64,000 bases of DNA from Candidatus Bathyarchaeia archaeon (GTDB lineage: Archaea; Thermoproteota; Bathyarchaeia; Bathyarchaeales; Bathycorpusculaceae): NCBI GenBank assembly GCA_050010755.1, contig JBEKKK010000001.1, positions 672,001-736,000 on the forward strand. Direction: 5' to 3'. Shown piece by piece: positions 51,084 through 59,825 of the stretch. Within the stretch, counting starts at the first letter, position 1, and each line of letters begins with the position of its first letter. The translations under genes and the position numbers were made by a program. Below the pieces are notes generated by a model. That model saw only the letters and a list, made by a program, of their open reading frames with translations, did not search any database and was not told the DNA's origin.

Positions 51084-51551
51084 TTGGATGAAAATAACAG
51101 AATCCTGATAGTCGACGATGACGAAAGCATAAGGAAAATCTTGTCAGCGATACTGGAAGATGAAGGATATGTTGTTGAAACGGCGGAGAACGGTAGAGAA
51201 GCCATTGACAAATCTAACGAGAAAGTCTACAACCTTGCATTGATTGATGTGCGTCTTCCAGACATTGAAGGGGTGGTGCTTCTCGCGAAGCTTAGAGAAA
51301 CTATGCCCAGAATGCGAAAAATAATCATAACAGGATTTCCAACTGTCCAGAACGCCATAGAGGCCGTGAACAACAAGGCAGATGCTTACATGTTTAAGCC
51401 TTTTGAGGTTGTAAAGATTCTGGAAACGATCAAAGAGCAGCTTAAGAAACAGCTCGAAGAGAAGGAGTACAGCCAAAATAAAATTACAGAATTCATTGAA
51501 ACAAGAGTTAGAGAACTGGAGATGGAAAACGCTCCAAAAACATCTCGATAA
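51084..51551 (+). CDS. Response regulator receiver protein
   Basis: ILIVDDD, phospho-Asp in LIDVRLPD, IITG and KPF motifs. Confidence 0.92.
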   Translation: MDENNRILIVDDDESIRKILSAILEDEGYVVETAENGREAIDKSNEKVYNLALIDVRLPDIEGVVLLAKLRETMPRMRKIIITGFPTVQNAIEAVNNKADAYMFKPFEVVKILETIKEQLKKQLEEKEYSQNKITEFIETRVRELEMENAPKTSR

Positions 51552-51805
51552 AGTGTCCCTCCAACCAACCATCCATCCGACTGTACGGCAGACAGCCAAC
51601 CTCCATCTTTTGCACCATCCAAACGTTTTAATCGTTTGAATATTTGCAAGCGCCTCGTCAAAACCATGATTGCCATCCCCCTCCCGTCAGGGATAGGTGA
51701 ACAAAGATTTCCTGGCTTGCAAGAAACTGCTTCCGCTCCCCTTACACCCTACAATGCGGAATTAAATACTATCGAGTATTATGTTCTGGCGATCCATTAC
51801 AAGTC

Positions 51806-51818
51806 AAAAGATATTTAT
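51806..51818 (+). promoter_or_regulatory. Putative BRE/TATA promoter of tRNA-Glu
   Basis: AAAAGATATTTAT about 25-35 bp upstream of the tRNA 5' end. Confidence 0.5.
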
Positions 51819-51843
51819 CGTCAGGAGAAAACCATCTTTCGAT

Positions 51844-51958
51844 GCTCCGGTAGTATAGTCCGGTCAAACTTCGTTGAAGGACTAAGTATAGCGGCCTCTC
51901 GACCCCGAAAATTGGGAGACAGTCGCGGACCCGGGTCCAAATCCCGGCCGGAGCACCA
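51844..51958 (+). tRNA. tRNA-Glu(CTC) with two introns (51868-51885 at 21/22; 51902-51920 at 37/38) and encoded CCA
   Basis: Acceptor stem GCTCCGG/CCGGAGC, D stem GTAT/GTAT, anticodon arm GCGGC-CTCTCGA-GTCGC and T arm CCGGG-TCCAAAT-CCCGG after removing two BHB-like inserts. Confidence 0.9.
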
Positions 51959-51959
51959 A
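51941..51959 (+). repeat. att direct repeat, left copy (ATCCCGGCCGGAGCACCAA)
   Basis: Identical to 61050-61068. Confidence 0.92.
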
Positions 51960-52267
51960 TTTACCGGTAAATTTCATATGGATTCAAACGCCAATCTCCT
52001 TGGTGTGTTTTGGTTGGACAAGTACCGTTCGATTGGTCTTGGATCTTAGACCTGTCATTTTTCTGTAGGTTTATTGCATTCATGATCTGACCCAAGCATC
52101 TGAATTCTTGTATAAACCATTTTGCGGTTGTGTTTTCTTCGAAAATTCGGTGTATTCAATCTCTCGTCAGATTAGCGTGCGCTCTTGAAAAACATAGTTC
52201 CATCGCTTCTGGTAGTGTCTTTAATACTAGTTCAAGCCTCAGTGAGGATATAAGTGGAGGGGTTGGC

Positions 52268-55200
52268 TTGGGTAATCTTGCTGAGGAATTTGATAAAAGT
52301 TGGCAGGAGGAATCGAGAAGACATGCGGCGACCACAATCCGTAACGAAGTTGACGACTGGTGCGAATCCTACAGGTCCACAGCAGAGAAAAGGTGGCTTT
52401 ATGAATTACTACAGAATGCGATAGACACTGCAACGGAAAACATGATTCCCAGCTTGGACATAAAGGTTGAATTCAAAGGTGGAAACCTTTCGGTTAAGCA
52501 TAACGGAGGAGGTTTTCTTCTCAAAGAAGTCATTGCTCTTGTATCTGGTGGGACATCAAAGTACTTTGGCAGAGAAACTCTTGGAAGGTTCGGCAAAGGG
52601 TTTCTCGTAACTCATATTTTGTCCAAAGAAGTTGAAGTTGAGAGTTCGATAACTCATTTGGGAACCAAAAGGCCTTTTCAAATCAAACTAGATAGAAGAG
52701 GGGACGAAAAACTCATCGAGCAAAACATCAATGATTGCAAAGACCAGCTAGATGTTGTTGTAAATCGAGTCGAGCCTGTTAACCTCGACGAAACGACCTT
52801 TACTTACATAAACGCAGCAGTGGAGGAAGCCAACAATTGCAAGGTTCTCTGTCGTCCGTTGCCTTACGTTATGATTTTTAATCCCATAATTGAGAATATC
52901 GACGTAGATTTTGAGCTTGAAGATGGGCGCTTCAACGTTTTTTGGAAAAAAAGGAATCAGAACAATTTTGATTATAACGGGCAACAATTCGAAAAAATTG
53001 GCATATCGACCGCCACCGGCGAACTTACCTGCATTAAGATAAAAAGCACTAAATTGGAACTCGCAGTGCTATTGGCAACTTCAGGGGCTTCACCTGAAGT
53101 TATGGACACTAGATGCTTCCCTAGTTTTTACTGTAACCTTCCACTGTGTGATTCGGATTCAGCTAGCCTTTCTTTTGCGATTAACAGTTCGAGCTTCGGA
53201 ATTGACACAAACCGCTCTTTCATCAATGTCTCCGCTGAAAACTCCGAAATTCTCGAGGAGCTTCCAACATTGCTAAATTCTTTATTAGATTATCTTGTTA
53301 GTGCAGGGGCACTGAACTTGCACCTGCTAGGACATGTTGACTTTTCAAGACTTTCGGAAGAAAGAAAAACCTACTTACTGAAACAGTTTTTCTATCTTAC
53401 AGAGCAACTAAGTTCTAAACCGATCCTTCGTTGCAAAAATGAAAACATCGCTCCCAACTCATCACAGATACCTTCAGGTGATTATCTAGGCCAAAACCTT
53501 CCTAAATTGACACCTTTGATATATGGTCTTCTAACCCAGTGTCACGCAAATGTGCCTGAGCTGTACGAAGAATGGGAAACAATATCTAAAGAATGGGCAT
53601 TTCTAGGAGTCAATCTACAGATTCGCACCCTAGAAAATCTGTTGGAAAGTCTGCAAGCGGACATTAATCTTGTTCAACCAGGATCGGTGAAAGCGTATGT
53701 GATTTCATTAATAGAGGCTCTTTATTCGGGTCAACAAATCACAAAAAGCATTCCTCAAGAAATCTCACAGAGGAAAATATTGCTAAATCAAAAACTGCAG
53801 CTTGTTGCTCCTCAAGACGCTAACATCGACTTGCAAGTAGATGAGAAATTAAAGGAAATAGCCTCTGGAGTGGGATGGGATATAAAAGGGCAGCTTCTGG
53901 ATGGTGAGATTCTCAAAACTCTGTCACTGAAAGATTTTATCAGTAATACACTCTGCTCAGGCAGAGAAACCTTCACAAACGATCTTGTCTTGCGAAAACT
54001 GTGGGATTCCTATGTTTCTACCAGATGGAAAGAAAGTCAGAAACAAGTGACATACAAAGATGCTTTGATGGGTCTGATAATTTGGCTAACGAAAAACAAA
54101 AGCTCAGATGAAATAAGAAGTTTCGTGAATCCTGACCTGCTGCCCATTCTTTGCAGCGATGGCATCTTTAGATGCAACGAAGAAATGTCGCGATATCCTT
54201 TTTTGTGGTCTGTGGAACAGCTGGAAGATGAACTGCGGCAGTTTGTTAACCTGATCGGTTCAAGATGGATCATGGCAAACGAATACGTGACTTTGTTGCC
54301 GCCGGATGAGCGTACCAAGTTTTTTGAAGCGCTGTCGTCAATCAGCGTTTCTTTTGAAACTCCAATTTTTCAATGGTCCGATAAGCAACTTAATGAAAAG
54401 GAAGCAGACGCTCTAGCCAGCTCGACAACTTTTCCAACTGGAGCCAAGGTTGATGCGTGGGACCTTATAGGCTTGCAAGACATGACTTCCGCAGTCGCTG
54501 GAGGAAGGGATGCAGATCTCGCTTCAAAGGTCTTGGCATTTGTTCTTACCTACGTTATCAATCACGATGACTCATGGCTTAGTCCAACCTTAATCGGCGA
54601 TAAGGCAATCTACAGCTGTTATTGGCTAGCTGTTTTGAAAACGAAGGATTGGGTTCCGTCAATAGATGGAAAACATTTGGAATCTCTTAACAGAGAGAGT
54701 TGGGAACGGGTCCTCAACATCCCTGATCTGGAGCTTAACGGTAACATTGTGAGTTTCTTAGGAAAGCATTTTGGCATTAATTTGCCAGGGATTCTCGCTC
54801 TAAAATTGAAGGTCATGAATCCGCTCGATTATCGAACTATGATTATAGACAAGTTAATCACTCTTTCATCGGATGATGCATCAAAGATCGCAGCAGAAGT
54901 AGAGAAACGCCTAAATGATATTGAAAATGTCCGAAACAATCAAAAACTTGGTCGGATTGTGGAAGAAATAAGCAAACGTATTTTTGAGAAACGAGGATTC
55001 AAAACGAAATGGACAGGAATAGGTTCTGACTTTAGATTAGTCGAGCCTGATGATATTGGTTCATTGAAATTGCAGTCCTCGGAGAATAGCCAAGATTCCG
55101 GAGTACTGATAGAAGTAAAGGCAACTGCTAGAGAAATTACCCGCATGACAATGGTGCAAGCGAAAAAAGCAATTCAAACCGGAACAAGATACATTTTGTG

Positions 55201-55525
55201 CGTATTGGACGTAAGCGGAATTACAATCCCAGATGTTAAGGGCGAAGAACAAGACCCCAAAACAGTAGAGTTGGTTGCGAAGTCATTGAAATTCGTCACG
55301 GACGTCGGAAGCAAGATCGACGAAGCTGTCAAGAAAGCTGACGGCTTTCAAGATCATCAGGGAGAGTTGAAAGACGTGGAAATTCCTCCAGGCATTAAGA
55401 TACGTTTTGAGGAGACCGATATTAGGCTTGGCGTAATGAAAAAAATATGGGGCGAAGGATATTCATTGGAAGAGATTGTGCCCTATTGCGAAAGCATTGT
55501 CAGTACCAGATCGACAGGTACATAG
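52268..55525 (+). CDS. GHKL (sacsin/NOV-like) ATPase fused to a C-terminal DUF3883-type PD-(D/E)XK nuclease
   Basis: YELLQNAID, HNGGGF, GTSK and GRFGKGF at the N-terminus. GRIVEE...GSDF...IEVKAT...MT..Q...RYILCV at the C-terminus. TTG 52268 follows GGAGG. Confidence 0.82.
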   Translation: MGNLAEEFDKSWQEESRRHAATTIRNEVDDWCESYRSTAEKRWLYELLQNAIDTATENMIPSLDIKVEFKGGNLSVKHNGGGFLLKEVIALVSGGTSKYFGRETLGRFGKGFLVTHILSKEVEVESSITHLGTKRPFQIKLDRRGDEKLIEQNINDCKDQLDVVVNRVEPVNLDETTFTYINAAVEEANNCKVLCRPLPYVMIFNPIIENIDVDFELEDGRFNVFWKKRNQNNFDYNGQQFEKIGISTATGELTCIKIKSTKLELAVLLATSGASPEVMDTRCFPSFYCNLPLCDSDSASLSFAINSSSFGIDTNRSFINVSAENSEILEELPTLLNSLLDYLVSAGALNLHLLGHVDFSRLSEERKTYLLKQFFYLTEQLSSKPILRCKNENIAPNSSQIPSGDYLGQNLPKLTPLIYGLLTQCHANVPELYEEWETISKEWAFLGVNLQIRTLENLLESLQADINLVQPGSVKAYVISLIEALYSGQQITKSIPQEISQRKILLNQKLQLVAPQDANIDLQVDEKLKEIASGVGWDIKGQLLDGEILKTLSLKDFISNTLCSGRETFTNDLVLRKLWDSYVSTRWKESQKQVTYKDALMGLIIWLTKNKSSDEIRSFVNPDLLPILCSDGIFRCNEEMSRYPFLWSVEQLEDELRQFVNLIGSRWIMANEYVTLLPPDERTKFFEALSSISVSFETPIFQWSDKQLNEKEADALASSTTFPTGAKVDAWDLIGLQDMTSAVAGGRDADLASKVLAFVLTYVINHDDSWLSPTLIGDKAIYSCYWLAVLKTKDWVPSIDGKHLESLNRESWERVLNIPDLELNGNIVSFLGKHFGINLPGILALKLKVMNPLDYRTMIIDKLITLSSDDASKIAAEVEKRLNDIENVRNNQKLGRIVEEISKRIFEKRGFKTKWTGIGSDFRLVEPDDIGSLKLQSSENSQDSGVLIEVKATAREITRMTMVQAKKAIQTGTRYILCVLDVSGITIPDVKGEEQDPKTVELVAKSLKFVTDVGSKIDEAVKKADGFQDHQGELKDVEIPPGIKIRFEETDIRLGVMKKIWGEGYSLEEIVPYCESIVSTRSTGT

Positions 55526-55678
55526 CCAAGTCTGCAGCGGTCCGCGCGCGCTGAAAAGGGCGGATTGCCTCGGCTGTTTCCCAGTTCAGAGACACTTTCA
55601 CCTTATCCAAAATCGAAGAGCGAGGGGAACTAGTAGCCGTGTACAACCTTTCCAGAGCCTGGGAACGCATGAAACTTG

Positions 55679-57028
55679 CTAATTCTTGGGCAATAGGTCT
55701 TTTAGGATTTGTATTTTTGAGTTTGCCAATCTATCAACGATCAGTTCTATGTTTTTGTCATCATCTATTGCCTTCCTCACATAGCCTAGCCATTCGTTCA
55801 TGAACAAAGCAACATGACCCCGCCGCAATATGTACCATTGATCTGGCTTTAGTTCCTCAAGTTTTTTTACAGTCACACTTCTACAGAAGTCGCAATTGTG
55901 AGGCAATGCTCCAATATTTTCGTATATTTCCTTCATGACATCCCAAGGCCTATGTATTAACATGGTCGGATGAAGCCATTTGCCATAAGGCGCATACTTG
56001 CCAAAACTGTGTTCAATATCATAGTTTGTGAAAGAACTGGAAACAATGTCGAAACCAGCGAGAGGAGAGACAAAGCTTTGGCAATTATTTTCAAGAACAA
56101 CACATGCTCTATTTTTGAACGTTTTCGAGAAAAATTCTAGATTCGCCATAAAATCTCGATAATTGTCTCTCTCAGTTTGAAGTTCCTTATTGGTTAGGTC
56201 TAGATATTTGAATTTGAGCACTACTAAGGATTCCTTCGCATTTTCGGCGATGTACCTAAGAGCCTTGTCGAGCAATGACCAGCTAGCTAAGGCACTGCTT
56301 TTGAACAGAAAATAGGTAGCACAATGTTTCTTTCCTCTGGCCAGTTCTTTCGCGTTATCATTCATCTTTTGGGCTATCTCCAGCATTTCCTCTGAATCTA
56401 CCAGAGGAGTTGGAGGCAGAACAGCATCTGCATCATAATCTAAGTCACATTGTAGGAACGCTCGGATTATGTCAAGTCTATTTTGATTTGACTGGCTATT
56501 TTCCTCAGCAAGTCCTCGCCAAAATTCTCGATGATGTCTGTCGCGTTTGGATTCAAAGGATTTGTAAGCCTTCTTCTTCTCCCCTTTGTATCCAGACTCT
56601 TTTTGTAGTTTTTCAATTTCTTTGATGTAGTCAAGAATTACTTTTGGAGTGTATTGATTTTTCTTGAAGCCGTCCATTCTCGGTAGATAATAGAGGTATT
56701 CGAGACTAGGGTCGATAAGAAGAAGCTGTTGTTCGAAGAAGAGGCTATACTTGTCCTTGCGTACGTTCATCAATACATCCTTTGGTGTCTTCGGATGCAA
56801 TCTCCATAGAGCTTGACGCAAATCGACGAATCTTACTGTAGATGTTGTTAGTCTGTCGCTGACATGTTGCTCTCTCAAATTGATTAGAAAGTCTAGTTCA
56901 TCTGAATCTTGCAATTGTACACAGAAATTGGGCGTAGATACAATCTTTTGTCCAATTTTCGTTCTGGTTGTTCGGGCATAGCGATCACGACTCTCTGGTT
57001 TGACTTCTATTTTTAACTCGCTATCCAT
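55679..57028 (-). CDS. Divergent tRNA-guanine transglycosylase (TGT)-fold protein
   Basis: N-terminal YARTTRTKIGQKIVSTPNF resembles TGT ARTG...TP.FMPV. AGFDIVSS resembles GVDMFDC. C-terminal HNCDFC...RRGH...VRKAI resembles the TGT Zn site and final helix. Confidence 0.6.
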   Translation of the reverse strand: MDSELKIEVKPESRDRYARTTRTKIGQKIVSTPNFCVQLQDSDELDFLINLREQHVSDRLTTSTVRFVDLRQALWRLHPKTPKDVLMNVRKDKYSLFFEQQLLLIDPSLEYLYYLPRMDGFKKNQYTPKVILDYIKEIEKLQKESGYKGEKKKAYKSFESKRDRHHREFWRGLAEENSQSNQNRLDIIRAFLQCDLDYDADAVLPPTPLVDSEEMLEIAQKMNDNAKELARGKKHCATYFLFKSSALASWSLLDKALRYIAENAKESLVVLKFKYLDLTNKELQTERDNYRDFMANLEFFSKTFKNRACVVLENNCQSFVSPLAGFDIVSSSFTNYDIEHSFGKYAPYGKWLHPTMLIHRPWDVMKEIYENIGALPHNCDFCRSVTVKKLEELKPDQWYILRRGHVALFMNEWLGYVRKAIDDDKNIELIVDRLANSKIQILKDLLPKN

Positions 57029-57486
57029 TCGGAATCCTCCTTTTTCTCTACGAATTTATGTAAAGCGCTGAGAAAATTCCCCAAGTCTTTCATGTTTATC
57101 ATTACCCCTCCTTTGATGTGCGGGACTCGGCACTCATCTAATTCTTTCTCCTGTAAGTAGATGAATTTGCCTTCGTTGTTCTCCAACTTGTAGAAGGTAT
57201 AGGTTTTGTCAGTGTAGACAATGCTTTGAACGTCGGTTTCGTGAACAATCTTGCCGTTTTTGTAGTAGATGAACAGATTGCCTCGCTGGATTTTGTAGGC
57301 TTCTCCTATAGCGACCAGGACATCAAGATGTTTGCTAATGGTCATTCTATTGAAGTTAGTAGCAGAGGCAATTTGAGTAACTGTAATGCCTCCTTTGTCG
57401 TTTAGTCTGAGTATTTCAAGAATTACGTTGCGGGTATAGAAGTCTCTTTCTTGTGGAGACAAAACATGGATTTCTTCAGGAGACAA
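57013..57486 (-). CDS. Winged-helix DNA-binding protein with C-terminal PUR/Whirly-like domain
   Basis: ILEIL...GITVTQIASATNFNRMTISKHLDVLVAIG is a wHTH. KTYTFYKLENNEGKFIYLQE...VMINMKDLGNFLSAL has a PUR-repeat-like pattern. Overlaps the next gene by 16 bp. Confidence 0.7.
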   Translation of the reverse strand: MSPEEIHVLSPQERDFYTRNVILEILRLNDKGGITVTQIASATNFNRMTISKHLDVLVAIGEAYKIQRGNLFIYYKNGKIVHETDVQSIVYTDKTYTFYKLENNEGKFIYLQEKELDECRVPHIKGGVMINMKDLGNFLSALHKFVEKKEDSEWIAS

Positions 57487-57554
57487 TACTGTTCTCGGAA
57501 CGATTATGCGACTTCTTATCTCAAATTCCCTCCCTAGGTTCTGTTCAGCATTCT

Positions 57555-57586
57555 TGCTAAGCGAATATGCTAAGCATATCTGCTAA
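57555..57586. promoter_or_regulatory. Putative operator: TGCTAA x3 at 13-bp period including the palindrome ATATGC-TAA-GCATAT
   Basis: TGCTAA at 57555, 57568 and 57581. Inverted repeat at 57565-57579. A minus-strand TTAAATA lies at 57591-57597. Confidence 0.55.
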
Positions 57587-57713
57587 TCAATATTTAACAC
57601 TTTTGCTTAGAACCCATATATCGTCGAGGCGGCAGCACCCGCTACAGTATTTGTTTGCTGTAATATTCATATAAGACGCCATGTTAGAGGTAGAACAATG
57701 AGGATCACCGTTA

Positions 57714-59588
57714 ATGTCCATACCTTTTGAGGAACTTGATCCGAAGCAAAAACAAATCGTCCGACGCGCAACTAGTCCGCTTCTTGTTCTTGCTGGGCCG
57801 GGAACTGGTAAGACAGAAGTGTTGACACATCGAATTGCCTATCTTAATGCTCAAATGGGTGTCCCGCCAAATCGAATACTAGCCGTCACCTTCAGTAGGA
57901 AAGCCGCAAGTGAAATGCTTGATCGCCTGAGAAAATTTCCAGGACTTGAAACAACAGAGTTTCATGTCTTAACCCTTCATGCAGAGTCGCTGAAACTACT
58001 GAACGAGATTGGAAAACGTCGCAAGTTTCTTGTTGCAGATGATGAGGCACGGCTACTAATTAAAGACGCTGCTGAGGATCTGAATCTTGGACTAGACTGG
58101 AGAAACTTAAGCTCATTAGAAAAAAAAGTGAAACTAGCAAAAGCAAACAACCTCCTTCCTGGAGATATTCGAGATCAACCCTTGCAGCGTTTCTACCGAC
58201 GATACGAAGAACTCCTTGACTTTAACAACGCGATAGATCTTGATGGACTGGTTGTGAAAGTCACGAGAGCCTTGCTCTCAGAATCGCCTTCTGATGTTTT
58301 TGAAGGTCATCTCCTAGTCGATGAGTATCAAGACATAAACCAAGCCGAATACAAACTAATCCATATCTTGGCTAGGGAGGCCGAAAGTCTTTTCGTAGTG
58401 GGTGATGACGATCAGAGCATTTATGGTTGGCGTGGCGCGGATCCTAGCATAATCCGCAATTTTGAAGGAGCCTTCCAAAATGGACGCATCGAAATTCTTG
58501 AGCAGTCGCATCGATGCCCGGGGCACATACTTGCAGGTGCTTATGCGATAGTATCAAGAGATCCTGATTGCATAAAAAAGACTGTTCGTTCTTCGAAAGG
58601 TGATGGCAATCCTATTAATGTCCTGCTCTCAAAGAGCTGGAGTGTTGAGGCTATCTGGATAGCAAATTGGATAAAAGAATGTGTTTCCAAGGGTTCCGTT
58701 AAGCCCAGTGACATCGCAGTACTGACAAAAACACCAAGTTTAGCCGAGTTACTTGTGGACCAGCTCAGAATTGCAGAAATTGATACGGTGTACTGGAAGT
58801 CAGGAGGATTTTTTTCTGATAGGAATATCTTAGACATACTTGCATATATACGCCTAGTTGTCGACAAAGATGATAACTTGGCTTTGCGGAGATGTTTGAT
58901 GACCACAACATCAGGCATCGGAAACGTAGCCGACACAAGATTGCGCTTGCTGGCAGAAAGGAATGAATGCAGTCTATGGGAAGTCGTCGTTGATTACATG
59001 AAGTTTGTAGAACTTCGCAGGTGGCGCGGTTCATTGGGAAAATTCGTGGCAAGGTTCACGCAGATGGAAGAACGGTTCTCCGAACTTAGGGTGTATCAAA
59101 TTGTCCAATCTATCGCAAAAGAAATAGGTACGGACCGATCAGCTAACATAAAGAAGTTGCAAGACTTTGCCAAGGCATTGCCGGAAGACTTCGAATTAGA
59201 AGATTTTCTTGCAGAGATTAACAAAAACAGAGGCGTAGACCTTACTGGCGGGAGTCCAGAACCAGAGACGAACGCAGATGCTGTAGCTATAATGAGCATG
59301 CATTCTTCCAAGGGACTTGGATACAAAATTATCTTCATTCTTGGAATGGATGAGGAACTATTACCGGATATGAATCAAAATGAATGTGAGCAAAGGAGAC
59401 TATGCTACGTCGCAATGACAAGGGCAAAGGACGAACTTTTCTTATGCCATGCCAAAATGCGGAAAGGGCCTGCAGCAAAGGGGCTTAGCTTCTACAAACC
59501 ATCAAGATTCATTAGCAACATACCAAAGAGCCACATGAAAATCATTAACAATGAATACTTCAGACAAGGATCAGCTGGTGCAACATAA
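57714..59588 (+). CDS. UvrD/PcrA-like superfamily 1 DNA helicase
   Basis: LAGPGTGKT, VTFSRKAA, VDEYQD, VGDDDQSIYGWRGA, MHSSKGL and RRLCYVAMTRAK motifs. Confidence 0.95.
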   Translation: MSIPFEELDPKQKQIVRRATSPLLVLAGPGTGKTEVLTHRIAYLNAQMGVPPNRILAVTFSRKAASEMLDRLRKFPGLETTEFHVLTLHAESLKLLNEIGKRRKFLVADDEARLLIKDAAEDLNLGLDWRNLSSLEKKVKLAKANNLLPGDIRDQPLQRFYRRYEELLDFNNAIDLDGLVVKVTRALLSESPSDVFEGHLLVDEYQDINQAEYKLIHILAREAESLFVVGDDDQSIYGWRGADPSIIRNFEGAFQNGRIEILEQSHRCPGHILAGAYAIVSRDPDCIKKTVRSSKGDGNPINVLLSKSWSVEAIWIANWIKECVSKGSVKPSDIAVLTKTPSLAELLVDQLRIAEIDTVYWKSGGFFSDRNILDILAYIRLVVDKDDNLALRRCLMTTTSGIGNVADTRLRLLAERNECSLWEVVVDYMKFVELRRWRGSLGKFVARFTQMEERFSELRVYQIVQSIAKEIGTDRSANIKKLQDFAKALPEDFELEDFLAEINKNRGVDLTGGSPEPETNADAVAIMSMHSSKGLGYKIIFILGMDEELLPDMNQNECEQRRLCYVAMTRAKDELFLCHAKMRKGPAAKGLSFYKPSRFISNIPKSHMKIINNEYFRQGSAGAT

Positions 59589-59589
59589 C

Positions 59590-59746
59590 TAGCTCCAGCT
59601 TGTTTTTTACTACTAGTTTTTGTTCCTTCGTATATCTCCACAATATCTCCTACTTTCCAGTTCAAAACACTGATAACCTCTGGAGGTATTGCTATCGCCG
59701 CTGATCCGCGGCGCGCCTACGAAATAAGCCTACGTATGAATAGCAA
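59590..59746 (-). pseudogene. Degenerate AbrB/MazE-type gene
   Basis: Minus strand reads FIRRLIS*ARRGSAAIAIPPEVISVLNWKVGDIVEIY, then after a frameshift KEQKLVVK. Confidence 0.6.
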
Positions 59747-59825
59747 AAGCTACTACAGACGTTTGAAGCAAGTCATTATGACTCTTCTCCAGGGCGAAGC
59801 CCTAGCAGGGATTGAATTAGAAGAA

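Noticed and set aside
51636-52049. 137-aa ORF in the track
   Set aside because: It runs across the tRNA-Glu gene and has no recognisable motifs, so it is probably spurious.
52268-59588. Calling the island Gabija or Dpd
   Set aside because: No OLD/TOPRIM GajA is present, and no dpdB/dpdC or preQ0 synthesis genes are seen.
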